A DNA stretch of 64,000 nt from assembly GCF_000315625.1 (NCBI RefSeq), contig NW_005434647.1, forward strand, positions 601,890 through 665,889, in the 5' to 3' direction. A model generated the notes under the pieces. That model ran no database searches, had not been told where the DNA came from, and saw only the letters and a program-made list of their open reading frames with translations. Position 1 is the first letter of the stretch. Every line of letters starts with the position of its first letter. A program made the translations under genes and the position numbers. This document shows positions 32,801 to 45,626 of this stretch, piece by piece. Source of the DNA: Guillardia theta CCMP2712. Its lineage: Eukaryota; Protista; Cryptophyta.

Positions 32801-35800
32801 TCCTTCTCACCCCTTCAACCTTGCTCCTTCCCTCTCTCACTCGTTTCCGTGCAGGAATGCATTCTCATCCAGTCGGTGGAGGAGGTCGTGGCGGCAGACG
32901 TGATGAGAGCAGAGATGTTGATATGGAGGTGAGAAGAGGAGAAGGCCAGCCCCGCACCCCCCCCCCCCCCTCCCTGACCTCAGCGCTCAGGAGCATGCGA
33001 GCATGGAGGAGAAGGATTGAGCAGCGTCTCTTCCTCTTCGCCGTCATCGCGAGGGGTCAACTCTCCTACCGCCGTCATCTCCTTCGCTCGAGGTTGTCGG
33101 GCTGACGCTGCTGGGGTCGAGGAGTGACGTGGAGGCAGCATGCTCGCATGGACGCGGCGGGTGGAGGAGGAGAGGAGAGTCCATGCCGACATCTGCCTCA
33201 TCCAGTGCGTCATGGCGAGGTGAGGAACACAGTTTGCCGCCCCCTGCTCACTCCCTCCTGCTGCAGGAACCTCGAGAAGCGATGCATGAAGCTGTGGAGC
33301 GTCAAGAAGGACAACATCAAGCTGGTCTGCTTTCCTCCCCTCCTGCCTCGTTCCTCACCCTCCTATGAAGCTCCGCCGCGTCTTCGCTCGATCCGCTGCC
33401 ATGTGGACGGAGAGGTTCAAGTTCATGTCGGGCGAGACCTCCGTCTGCTTCGCTCTCCTCCACACGGTCCTCCCTCCCTCCCTCCCTCCCTCCCTCACCC
33501 CTCCCTCCCTCCCTCCCTCCCTCTCTCCTTCCTCCTTCGTTCTCTCCTCCCTCCTCCGCTCTCACCTCCCTGCCCCGCCGTTGCATCCTTGACTTTCCAC
33601 AGGTCTGTTCGCAGTGGAGAGCGATTTCTGACCGATCAAAAGAAGTGCAGAAGAAGAAGGTCCATCCCCTCTCTTGGCCTTCCAAGTTCCATGCTCTTCT
33701 CTCCTCTGCTCTCCTCTCCTCTCCTCTTTCCTCCCCTCCCCTTCCCTCCCCTCCTCTACTCTGCTCTGCTCTGCTCTGCTCTCCTCCTCTGTCTCCTCTC
33801 CTCTCCTCTGCTCTGCTCTCCTCTCCTCTCCTCTCCTCTCTTCTCCTCTCCTCCTCTGTCTCCTCTCCTCTGCTCTCTATTTTCTTTTCTGTTCTTGTTT
33901 TTCCTATGCTCTTTCTCTTTCCTCCCTTTCTTCCTCTTCTCTGCTTACTCCATCCCTTCAGATTGCAAAAAGAGCTGCGTTTCTCTTCCATCAGCTGCGT
34001 TGCTGGACGAGATACTTCTGGCTATGGAGCCTGAGGACAAAAAGAAACAAGATCTCTTGCCAGGTTCCCACCCCTCTTCCTCCTCTTCCTCCTCTTCCTC
34101 CTCTTCCTCCCCTTCCTCCTCTCTCCCATTTTTCTAACCTCCCCTCCTCTCATCTTCCTTCTTGCTTCCCTGCTCTGTTCTCCAATCTCTGGTCTTCCCT
34201 CTCTCCCCCTCAGCATGCTGAGTCTCCCAGCAGGCCGTCATAGATCACGAGAACAAGACGATGCGAAGAGCTCTGAGGGGTTGGGGGGAGATCAGCGAGT
34301 GCTCGTACAGGTCAAGGTAGCAGGGAGCAAGCTGCTGTCTTCTCCTCCCTCACGAGGTGGTAGGAATGAGCTCGAGCGGCAGCAGGAGCGGAAGGCCGTG
34401 AAGAGTTGGAGGACTTACATCCTACTCCAGCAGAGATGGTAGGAGGGAGGAGGCAGGAGAGGAGGAGATCTTGATGGAGCAAACTGAACTCTTGAGAATG
34501 TCGCTGATGTTTGTGCCCTGCAGGCAAGTTGTACGGGCAGAATATCTGCGAGCATGGAATGATCTCGCCTTTGAGGTCCTACCGCTACCACCATCTCCTT
34601 CTCTTCCTCCTCTCCTTTCCCTTCCTCCCCCTCTCCATTTCTCATCACATCCTCCTCTTGTATCTTCACGTTACAACCACTCCTTCCTACCCTCGTGCTG
34701 CCTCCCTCGGGACCAGCTCCTGACTGTCGGGCTGCAGAATCGAGTCCAGTTCCCTCGCTCACACCAGCGTGAACGAGTCGTCCGAAACGTAAGACTCCCC
34801 CCCACTTCCTGCTTCTGCCCTCCTCCCTCATCTCTCCGCCTCCTTCCTCCCCGTGTCTCATTTCCTGTCATTTCCCTCCTTCCCTCCTCCCCCTGCTCCT
34901 CTAAACCCTCCCTCTCCCTGTCTCCTTTTCTCATCCTTACTCCAACCCGCTCCTCCTCTCCTCTCCTCTCCTCTCCTCCTCGTTCCTCCTCTATCCCCTC
35001 CCGAATCTCCTTCCTCGACAGTCGCCCCTTCTCTTACCCTCCCGGCTCGTCAGGCTTTCATCGGTTGGTCTTCCTTCCAGGAGCAGCTGATCTCAAGGTA
35101 GGAGGAGGAGGCGGACTATCACGCTCCTCTCAAGCAACAAGTCGAGCAGAGAGGACGAGAAGAGCGTTGGGGTTGCATGGGAGGAGAGAGTGATAGGAAG
35201 AGAGACAGAGTGAGAGGAGGAGGGGGTGGGAGGTAGAACAGTGGAAGGAGGGAGGGAGGGGGGAGATAGAACGGAGGAAGGGGAGGGAGAGGGAAGAGGA
35301 GAGGAGGAGAAAATTTCAAATTTGCAGGAGAACTTGACAAAGAAGATGCAGGAGGCGAGCACTGGCGGAGCCTTCAATCAATGGAAGGACACCATCAGAA
35401 AACAGAACCTGCCTCCTCCTCCTCCTCCTCCACGTCCTCCGGGCTCGCTCGCGCCCTGTTACGGGCCCTCGCTCCCCCGCCGCCGCCTCGGGCCTCGCTT
35501 CCCCCCTGGGGTTGCTGTAACGTCCCTCAGACAGCCGTGCTCGTGCAGAGCACGAGCGCAATGTGCGTTCAAAGTCTCGATGATTCACTGAGCCCTGCAA
35601 TTCACACTACGTATCGCATTTCGCTGCGTTCTTCATCGTTTGCGAGAACCAGATATCCATTGTTAAGAGTTGTCTCTTGCTTTTCTCTCTCGTCGGCGGC
35701 TNNNNNNNNNNNNNNNNNNNNNNNNNNNNNNNNNNNNNNNNNNNNNNNNNNNNNNNNNNNNNNNNNNNNNNNNNNNNNNNNNNNNNNNNNNNNNNNNNNN

Positions 35801-36317
35801 NTCCGTCCTCCTCCCCTCCTCCTCCTCCCCTCCCTCCTCCACTCCTCCTCCCCTCCCCTCCTCTCCCCTCCTCTCCTCTCCCCTCCTCTCCTCTCCTCTC
35901 CTCTCCTCTCATCCTCCCCTCTCCCCTTCTGTCCTCTCGCCCCCCTTCTCCTGTCCTCTCTTCTCGACTTGACTTGACTTCTGGGTAGGTTCCTCTCAGC
36001 AGCACAGCAAGCAAGCAGTTCTCCCCCCTCGCCTCCCCGCTTCCGTCTCGAGGAAGTCGAACTTCCCCGTCCTCATCCTGGACCGCAGGCCGCAGGCTCT
36101 CAGAGCTGCGCAGGAGGGAGTGAGATGTCTGGACGCTCGCGTCTCTGTCAACCCCTCCTCCGTCTTCGCTCACACGTCTGCTGAAAGGATGGGGATGGCG
36201 TGGAAGGTGCAGCAGGGGGCAGGGGGGCAGCGAGTGCGCATGTCGATGGAGGAGCTGCTGGCAGAAGGGAAGGAGAACTACCGGCAACGGCTGCGAGGCG
36301 ACGGGCATGTGACGTGA
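26879..36317 (+). CDS. Large multi-exon gene (possibly two genes): degenerate EF-hand, acidic disordered region, coiled coil and Sfi1-like Trp repeats
   Basis: A long exon at 26879-~28545 contains QDTSGEKQLDQRQF (EF-hand-like). Many small exons between 31415 and 35410 carry periodic hydrophobic-xx-W motifs. The last exon ends at 36317. The gene spans two N gaps, so continuity is not provable. Confidence 0.6.
31718..32366. other. Assembly gap
   Basis: Run of N. Confidence 1.
35702..35801. other. Assembly gap (100 N)
   Basis: Run of N. Confidence 1.
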
Positions 36318-37160
36318 TAGGAGAGTCGGAACAGGAAGCAGACAGAAGGTTGCGCCAGTGAATCATAACCTGGAAGAAGAGGAGAAGGAGTTAGTGGAGA
36401 AGGAGGCGATGGAAGAGGTGGTGGTGGTGGCAATGCAGCACTGAGCAGCTGCGGCTCAGCCTGCGGTGATCGGACTGCTTATTATCAGTGTTGCCATGAT
36501 GTTGTAAGTTGAAATGTTAAACTGTAATCCGTTAATGAAATGACAAGTTCACTGATTTACATCAACAAGACCTCAAAGACAACTACGGGCTATCTTTCCC
36601 TCAGTTTTTGCCGCAGTTCGGAGGCTGCCGGTTCGGAGCGGCTGGTCACCGGGCCCGGGCAGGACCGGGCCGGCCCTGGGAGTCCGATCTCCGAGTCACT
36701 GAGTGACGGTCAAAACTAGTCCTCAATTGCGAGGCTGTTGGATCTCCGCTGGCCCGCCTCGCTCACGCAATGGCGCGAATGCACGTGAAGGGGACGAACG
36801 GAAGGAGGAGGGAGGGAGGGAGGCGAGGAGATGGGGAAGAGCGGGACGCAGGATGAAGTTCAGATGATAGAAGCGGATGGAGATGAGATAGATGAAGTAT
36901 GGCGAGCCATACGTGCCGGATAATTCTAGGATGATAAGTTTGTTGAGGTTGGGGAGGACAAGAGTAGGGATGGAGAGGAGAGACACGCGAATGGCTCATG
37001 GGTAAGGGAGGAGGAGAAATCCCAGTGTAAAGAGATAGAAGAACAACATGAAAGTAGTTGATGCTCACGAGGAACACATTGCGACGAAGACTTGCTGGTA
37101 GATGATAGCAGTAATACCGGACTTGAAAGTGCGTTCGATGGAAGCAGAGGTGGATACAAG

Positions 37161-40112
37161 ATGTCTAGTGTCCTTCCTTCCTTGCACTTCAGTGTACTGA
37201 TTCTGAATGACCTCGTCTGTGTTTGCTGCAGGATGGATGCTACAAGTGCTATGAATGATCTCTGAGCAAGGGGTTCACAAGAGTTGATTACATACAATGA
37301 CTCTCGGCATCCTGTTGACCAAGGCCACGTGTGGAGACTCTTCTGAGGTCTGCACTGTGTTCCATGCTATCTGAACCCCTCACCTCTTGTCCTGCAGTTG
37401 CAGCAGTACATCGTGGGTGCCTTACACAAGAAGGCTCAAGGGAACAGCACTGCATATGGGGAGATGATTGAAGTCATCGACGCGGAGAGGGATGATGCCG
37501 AGCTCGCAGTCCTCTTGACCTGTCTGATCCGATGCACATCCTGCCTGCAGAGGAAGCATCACTCCTCCCTGATCCACTCCATCTTCGCGCATTCTTGGCG
37601 CACCAACAGGGCTCTCACCCCCCACCTGGAGGCCTTGGCAGTGAACTCAGTGTCGGCCAACGCGGACCTGCTGTCTCTGATCTTGTTCGAGCTTGTCAAG
37701 CAGCTCACCTTGTTCAACCTGAACCCCACGGGCAACGACGCAAGCAGCGCCATCGATAGCGCGGGCAAGGAAGCCGAACATCCTTCGAGCGATGCTGCTG
37801 ACGTCCAGAAGGCCAAAGACGTGCACACGGTAGTTCGTAGGGTGCTCGAGACTTTTCCCACGGGGATTATGTGCTACCTTGACCTGCTGGTCAACTCGTT
37901 TCCTCACCATCGGAAGGATCTCAGCGAGCTTGTCTGCTTCCTCGGAAACATGCTCCACGTGACCGAGTACCTGCCGCAGCTCCAGGACGGGATCCTCAAC
38001 CACGTGGTCGATCGGCTGATTCGGCTGGACGTCGAGATTGACCCTGAAGCAATCTCCGTTGGGCATGACGCGAACAGCACAGAAGGACTGTTCGACATCG
38101 ACATCGACGACTCCAGCACCTCTGAGAGGAGCGAGAATATGAAGGCGGTGGAGAAGCTGGACGCAATGATGACTCTGATGTTTCGTTTCTTCCACAAGAA
38201 CCTGGGCAAGCGGGCAGGACATGACCGGGATCAGGTCTTCAGCGTCCTGTTGCGCATCTTTGACTCCCGCGTCCTCACTACCTTCCGCTCCAAGTACGTC
38301 CAGTTCCTCTGCTTCTACTCCTGCCACTTCCGCGAGCGTTATTCCCGGGAGTTCCTCCAGTACCTCATGACCAAGGTAGTCGAGAGGAGCAACCCGGACA
38401 ACGAGCGGCATGCTGCTGGCTCGTACCTTGGAAGCTTTCTGGCTCGAGCGAGGTGACAGATTCTGCGGTTGCCTCCTCCTCCCCTGACAATTCGCAGGTT
38501 CGTCAAGCTGCCTATGGTGCAGAAATCTCTCTCGCTTCTCACCAAGTGGATCCTCGAGTATATCGACGAGGTCTCCCCTACTGTACATGAGCCGGACCCG
38601 TACCAGCACAGCTTGTTCTACGGTCTTGTGCAGGTTGATCCCATGATCCCACGAGCTGTTATCCCCCCCCCCCCCCTTCCCGCGTCTCCTCCTGCTCACA
38701 AGTTGCTCCCTAGGCTCTCCTCTACGTCCTCTGCTTCCGCGTGCCGCAGCTTGTGGCGGATGAGCGGAACTACGATACTTTCTTGCGATTCGAACTGCAA
38801 CTGGACGTGATAACAAGGTGTTCCTTGAATCCCCTGAAGGTAAACTCTCCTTCCTCCTCCCCTCCCTCTCTCCTCCCTCTCTCCTCCCTCTCTCCTCCAT
38901 ACCTTTTCCTCCTCTCCGCCCTCTACTTTCCTCCTTTTCCTCACCGTATCTTTCCCCTCTCTTTCCCTTTGCTCTCTCCCTTCTGTCCTCACTCAGCTCA
39001 CCCTACCTCAACAGGTCATCAACCAGAACGTGTCGAAGCAGTTTGTGCGGATCTGTGTAAAATACAAACTCTTGCAAGCTGAGGTGTGCCCTGCCCTTGT
39101 CCTCTTCGATGAAACTCAAGGTGTTTTAGATGCTGCGCAACCTCCTGGCATACAACCAGAGCATCGTGGTGAATGGGGTCTTGGAGTTTGAGCAAGAGTG
39201 AGCTAGCTGCTCCTGCCCCTGCTCTCCCTGCTCTCCCTGCTCTCCCTGCTCTCCCTGCTCTCCCTGCTCTCCCTCTTCTTTCGAAGTTCTTTTGTCTCCT
39301 CCTTCCAAACTCTCCTTACGTCAAGAGCAGGCACTCATTTTTCCCCTTCGACAACTACAACCTCCCTCTGTCTCGGACCTTCATCGATGGTCCAGGCAAC
39401 CTATACCAGGTCAGCGAGACGGAGAAATGAGGAGGAGGAGACGAGAAAGGAAACAGAGAAGGAGGAGGAAAGGTGTTGCAGGAGCGTAAGCAGGAGCGGG
39501 AGCGGGAGCAGGAGCAGGAGCAGGAGCAGCATGGAAGCTTAGCTCTTACTCGGAGGCCGCAGGTGTGGGAGGCCGGCAATGATGTCTTCAGCGACGAGGA
39601 GCATGAGCTCGGCAAGATTGTCTCCTCCATGAGCTGGAGCTGAGCTGCCGCAGGTGCCAACGAGGCGTCCTCGAGCCAGCTGGGGTCGTCGGTGGAGGAT
39701 GCAGAGGGAGTGGCGATGTCGCTCAATTCGCAGCTCTCCTTGAGCGATCAGGTAGGGCATGCTGCCTGCTATTGCCTCTCCTCCTCCTCCCGTTCGCTGG
39801 GCCTCCCCCTCCTCCCCCCCCTCCTCCTCCTCCCGCTCCTCCTCTTGGATCTCATTCTCTATGAATCTAAATATTCTTCCTCCTCCCCTTGATTCTCCTC
39901 CTCTTCCTCCTCCTCTCTCCTCTTATTTTTCTACCGCAGGGTCCTCACAATAGCTTCTCACCCTCTTGGAAGCCGATGAGCTTCAGGTATACGATATCTC
40001 CCTGTCGTGACCTACTCCGTCCTGACTTCCTCAACCTCCCTACAGCCCTCCTCACGAGGAGAAGATGAACGGCATGCGGATGCTTGCCGAGTCTCAGATG
40101 CGGGCCAGATAG
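37161..40112 (+). CDS. RRN3: RNA polymerase I transcription initiation factor RRN3 / TIF-IA, multi-exon
   Basis: Motifs VDRLIRLDVEI, KLDAMMTLMF, RSKYVQFLCFY, AAGSYLGSFLARA, HSLFYGLVQ|ALLYVLCFR, LNPLK|VINQNVSKQF and FFPFDNYNLPLS. The spliced end MSFS|PPHEEK...RAR stops at 40112. The start is approximate. Confidence 0.92.
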
Positions 40113-40289
40113 CACGAGGGGGGTAGCGGACTCGAAGGACGGTTGGACCGTCGGAAGTGAAGGGACTGACTAGTGCTGAGTGGGCCGTCGGGAGGGAAGG
40201 GATACTGTGATGTTGTTCTTGTAAGAGTGTCGAACTTTATTGTTTCTCCCATAACATAATCTAATTCGTGACCGTAGCAATGAAACCGT

Positions 40290-40900
40290 AGTTTCAGTTC
40301 AAGCCGACACGGCGCAAGTTCAACTTGAACGCCGGGTTCCGAAGCCTCCGGGTCACCGGCCGGCGGCGGCTGACTGAGCGGCCAGTCACTGCTGCCACGG
40401 TGCGGAGGCACCCCCGGGCCGTGCGGCGGCGTCACTGAGTCACCCTCTCCGAGATGAACGCGGCAGTGACCGTCCGAGGCTCACTGCCAGTGCCCCGGGG
40501 CTCAGGGCCGGGCGGCGCGCTCAGGCTCAGGCCCGGATCATGCCGCGGCAGCCTGAGCCACTGAGGCGAGCAAGTTGAGTCACGGCCCGGCGGGGGTGCC
40601 ACACACTGGCAGGCCGCTGACTCTGAAAGTCTTGCCGCGGGGATGCGGCCCGCAGCCGCGGCGCACTCCGAACGGTACGGTCCGCCGATAACTTAGTAAC
40701 TCAGTGATTTCCGAGCCCCCCGACGTCCGGACCATCAGGCCGGCGGCCGGCTCGGGCCCGCCTGCCACGGTTGAGAGAGTCCGCCGCGGCGCCGCGCGGC
40801 CGCCGGGCCGGCGCCCGGCTCAGGGGCCTACCGTACCGTCGCCTTGCCCGGCCGCGGCGGCGCACTGTGACGGTGCCGCGCCCGGCCAGCGCTGTAAACA
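40290..40900. repeat. CpG-rich intergenic block with GTCACTGAG/TGAGTCAC and CCGG motifs
   Basis: Very GC-rich. It shares motif vocabulary with 3720-3830, 18410-19110, 36620-36790 and 50100-50220. No credible ORF. Confidence 0.6.
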
Positions 40901-41922
40901 ATGGAGAGGAATTCAAAATTGAAAATTTATTCTAATATTTGAAATATATAGATAGTTTGGTCTAATTTTTTGAGAGAATGAATCTTCTCAGCATTCCACC
41001 AAGGTAACAGCTTTTTCGATTGAGGGACTAATGTAAGAGGCAGAGGGTGTGACCCATGGCATTTCTTCTTCACTTCCCATTGATATTTGACTTCGTTGGA
41101 AATAATATATTGTTATTTGAAAATTTCTTCGAAAATTTGGATTTTTTCCATATATTGGCCTCCCTGCAAAGGTAAACAACTACCCACCCATTCTACAGAA
41201 CGCACAAGGCTACCCCACCTACTCCAGAATGATGTTGAAGGCTTTGAAGTACCGGTGCTGCTCGGCCCCCTTTTATACCACCCCTGCTTCTAATCGCATC
41301 CCATGGCGTCAAAAAGTACGATTGAGGTACCTACCCCAGTATTCACCACATTATTTCTCAGTAATACACGGGTGGTTGGGAACTTTCTCCTACCCCACCA
41401 ATGATAATTTCACCACCCCTTGTTTGCGTAGGTAGAGGGGTGATGACCACCCCCTCTATCCTCACCCAAACGACCCCCCCTGCTTCCTGCGGCCCGAGCG
41501 CGGCCACTGGCAAGCAATGTGCAGAAAGCAACATGATTTTCGCCATGATCGTCTTTGAAATGTTGTCTCTATCTGATCCATCCTCCTAACACTCGATCCC
41601 TCTCATAGGATGTGACCCTCTCGTCCTCTCCATGGTTCGCAACTCACTTCGTTGACTCGTGCATGTGCCATACTCGTGTCGCTACCAGCCCATTGTTCCT
41701 TGCTTCTGCTCCTCTGCGGCCATCCACCGCGTCAAGTCCCATGGACACTCTCCTTCATACGATTCTAGATCCGCATACTTGCTGCTTGCTCTCCTTCTGT
41801 CTCGCTGTCCTGTAAGACTCGGATTGATCTTGTGCTGTAAAATTGCGTCCCTGAATCTGCATGCTGAGTGCGTTGAGTGACTTTCAGAGCTCTTGCTCTC
41901 TCTCTGTGTCAATGTTTCGATG

Positions 41923-41980
41923 CTCTCTTCGGATACTCTCTTCGGATACTCTCTTCGGATACTCTCTTCGGATACTCTCT
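41923..41980. repeat. 13-bp tandem repeat CTCTCTTCGGATA, ~4 copies, upstream of the SPP start
   Basis: Read directly in the sequence. Confidence 0.9.
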
Positions 41981-42026
41981 CTGTCTTGTGACGATATTGT
42001 TTCCAGGAAGTGACAACGCCGTAGAC

Positions 42027-45000
42027 ATGTTGGGCGCGGGGAAGTTGCCCTTGAGTGTGTCCCTCCAACTTTTCTGTCTCCTCCTCCTCCAAACAGTCGT
42101 CGAATGTTGGAAGTCTGAACCTCTTGTGCGGAGCAGCGCGCACTTGGTTCAGGGGCATAGCGCTCTCAAGTCAAACCTCTTCGTTGAACCTGTCGGATCA
42201 CCCCGGCTAGCGTACCAGCAGCTGCCAAACTTGGCGCTGCGAAAGGCGGAGAATGGGAGGGCGATTGCGATGAAGCCCCGGCAGACTTTCAGGCTGCCTG
42301 TGAATCATGCGAGAAGTCGAATGATGCCGTTGCGAATGAGAACGGAAGCCGACAAGGCAGCGATGTCCCCAGAGATTGACATGCCTTCTCTGGTTTTAGC
42401 CCTGGAGAATGGAAATGTTCGCAGCAAAGAAGACCTGGACATGCTGATGGCGCGAACACCCCTTCCTGATCATCCCAAGATGGTCACAGGGGTGTTGGAC
42501 AACGGTCTTCTCTACACCATCTTGCCCAATGGATCTCCTTCAGGACGGTTCGAGTGCCACTTGCAGATCAAGGCTGGTTCTGCTGATGAGACGGTGGAGC
42601 AGCAGGGGATGGCTCACATGTGCGAGCACGTGTCTTACATGGGGAGTCGCAAGCGTGAGAGGCTGTTTGGCACAAGCTCGCAGACGAATGCTCAGACAGA
42701 CTTTCATCAAACGGTCTATTGGGCTGCCTGCCCAACCTACCGGCCCACCACAGGAAAGCCGATGCTTCCACAGGCTCTGGATGCGTTACTTGATGTGATC
42801 GAGGCGAGATTTGATAACAATCGGGTAGAGAAAGAGAGATCTGCCATTCTGTCCGAAGCAGCCATGGTGAACACGATTGATTATCGTGTAGAGGTTCAAC
42901 TTCTGTCAGCCTTGCATGCTGAGAACAGGTTGAGCAAGAGGTTTCCAATCGGTCTCATCAACCAGATCCAATCCTGGACTACTGACCAAATTCAAGCGTT
43001 CCACACAGCTCACTATCGCCCGAATAATGCTCACCTGTTTGTCATCGGAGACATCAACCCGTTCGAGGCGGAGGACTACATCAAGTCCATGTTCAGCCAC
43101 CTTCAGGCCAGAGACCCTCCCAAGTATCTCCCCTCGGAAGGAGTGGATGAGATCAGTCTCAAGACCAAGAACCCTTACTTCCCTCCCATCAATCATCAGT
43201 GGTGCGGAGAGAAGCGCTTCGGACAAGATGGACTCCCTCCTGTTCACATTTATCAGCACGAGCTCGTTCAGGCTGCCTCCATCCACATCTTCGCCAAGTT
43301 CCCTGTGACGGAGATGAAGACGCTGGCAGACTATCGCGAGTCCTTCATCAAACGTCTTGTAGTTGTTGCCATGCAGGTTCGGCTCAACGTCTACGCTCGC
43401 GGTGACCCCATTGCCATGGCCGAGTTCAGCTACCTGGACTCGCCCAGAGAAGGATGTGCTGTCTGTGCTCTGGACATGACGGCGAATCCTCTAGCTTACC
43501 AGAAGGCCATCGCCATTGCCGTTAGGGAGATCAAGCGCATGGCCGAGCATGGTCTCTCTGAGTCAGAGTTCCAGCGATGCATCTCAGCTCTTCTCTCCGA
43601 CAGTTCCCAGCTGGCAGCACAGGGAGATCGGTTGTCAAACCCCGACCAGCTGCAGTTCTTGATGGAAAGTGTGTCCTGCGGGCACACGTTCATGGATCCC
43701 GAGCAGCTGCTGTTTGCTACTGAGCTAGTGGCCAAGACGCTGAGCATCGAGGAGGTCAACGAAGTGGCAAAAGACATCTGCTCGCACCTTGCCAATTTTG
43801 GAAGCCCTGGGGCCCCGATCCCATCATCGATAGTTCTCTGTGCCCCCAAGGACATCAGTGTGAGCGAGAACGAGATCCTGGACTCTTTCTTGGAGGCAGC
43901 GAAGCAGGACGTGGAAGCCTCTGATGATGTTCTAGTCCCGAAGACTCTCATCACCAGCGAGTACATCTCGAAGAGAGTCGCCGACTTCCCTCCCTCCTTC
44001 GACAGGATGAAGGATGAGAACGTTGACAAGAGCTTCGAGGTTGGAGTGATCACCCGCCAGCTCAGCAACGGCATCTTCCTCAACTATCACCCCAACGATG
44101 CTGAGTCACAGCGAGCGTACCTCCGCCTGACGATCCCTGCTGGCCGCATCGATGAGCTGGGGATGAAGCTGGGGTCTATGCACGTGGGAGTCAGGACGCT
44201 GCAGGAGGGAGGAGCGATGCTTGGCCTGAAGAGGGAGCAGGTCGAATTGTTCTGTGTGGACCACCTGATCATGGCCGAGTTCTCTTGCTCCGAGGAGCTC
44301 ATATGGATGGACTTTATCTTCCCGACCTCGAAGGTGACGGAGGGCGAGGACGAGATCACGGGCCTGGAAGGAGTGATGCAGATCCTGCATGCTCTGGTCT
44401 CAAAGCAGCTCTTGTGGGAGGAAGATGCGTTCGAGCGAGCGAAACAATCGTTTGTGCAGACGTTTGCGCAAGTGAGCAAGAACCTCGAAGCGGCATCGGC
44501 GGAGTATCTTCTCGGCAGCATGTGCAAGCAAGACGGCAGATTCACTTGCGTCCCTCCCGAAGACATCGAAAAGCTGACTCTAGAAGACGTGAAGCAAGCT
44601 GTCAATCAGTTCCTAACCACTGACAACGTAGAGATCTCTATCTCCGGTGACTTCGACCCCAAGGTCATGGACATGCTCGCCCTTCAGTACCTCGGTACCG
44701 TCCCTCCGAGCAAGCAGCCGGCTCGACAGTCTCCCAGCATCCCCCTGGCCTCCACCCCAGCTAAGGACCTCTTCTTCGAGATCTCCGACTCCGACCCTCG
44801 TGCTGTCGCCTACGTCGCTGGAACGGCTCCGAATCGCTGGGGTGTGATGGCGGATGGCGAGGTGGCGCTCGCCGACGCCCCGGCACGGGCCAAGGAGCAG
44901 ACGTCGGGCAGCCTGAGGAGCATGCTGATGCGTCCGCTCAAGGAAAAGTTGGGATACGGGACCAAGACTGAGATGCCCGACGGCCGTGACTACCGGTCCC

Positions 45001-45626
45001 ACCCCCTGTACCAGTGCGTGACGCTGCAGATCCTTCAGGAGGTGCTCAACCGCCGTCTCTTCACCGTCGTGCGAGAGCGAGAGCGACTGACCTACGACGC
45101 CAACTTCCATCTTACGGGCTTCGAGCGCGTCAAGGGAGGATGGTACCTGGTGACTGTGACCGCGAAGCCGGAGCTGGCAGAGAAGGCGCTGGAGGCGTGC
45201 AAGAGGACGCTGCACTCGGTCAAGTCGTGGGACCCGATCACGATCGACAACATCCGATCTGCTGCCTACGAGCTGGTGTCGAAGCATCAGGGAGGGCTGC
45301 AGACCAACCGCTACTGGGTGGACCTCATGGCTGGCATCCAGCTGGACGCGATCCCCAACAAGGACATCAGCTACATCTCCGACTTCGTGCCAATGGTGCA
45401 GTCGATCCAAGTGTGGGACGTGCAGAGCATGATGGAGCACCTGTCGACCGACCGGGATGGCATGTGGACGTGCATCGGAACTAGCGGGCACACCCAGGGA
45501 GGGGCTGACTCTGAAGAGAGCGACATCCATGGACACTCCATGCCGGGGATAGGAGCAGGACGAAGGTGAGGCAAACAGGCTGAGGAGGGAGATGCTGACC
45601 GGATCTGCAGGACGCCTATCCTGTAA
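42027..45626 (+). CDS. SPP: Plastid stromal processing peptidase (M16 metallopeptidase) with bipartite presequence
   Basis: ATG at 42027. A signal peptide ending VVEC|W is followed by a basic/hydroxylated transit-like region. Motifs: GVLDNGLLYTILPN, GSADE...QGMAHMCEH (inverted HxxEH), NAQTDFHQTVY, RFPIG, RLFTVVRERERLTYDANF. One exon covers 42027-45565, then a probable 45-nt intron (45566-45610) and RTPIL-stop. Confidence 0.92.

Larger units (their letters stand above)
29170..35960. repeat. Intronic homopurine/homopyrimidine microsatellites: (CCT)n, (CTCCT)n, (GGAG)n, (GAGAG)n
   Basis: Examples: (CCT)n at 29968-30034, (GAGAG)n at 30165-30220, (GGAG)n at 31010-31070 and (CTCCT)n at 33695-33880. 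Confidence 0.9.

Noticed and set aside
31258-33105. Long ORFs of 350-500 aa in the ORF track
   Set aside because: They are artefacts of translating through N gaps and microsatellites. The same applies near 35700, 56500 and 61600.
37647-38900. 417-aa antisense ORF (also 44613-45536, 23418-24293, 11121-11777)
   Set aside because: These are shadow ORFs opposite GC3-rich real genes and show no protein motifs.
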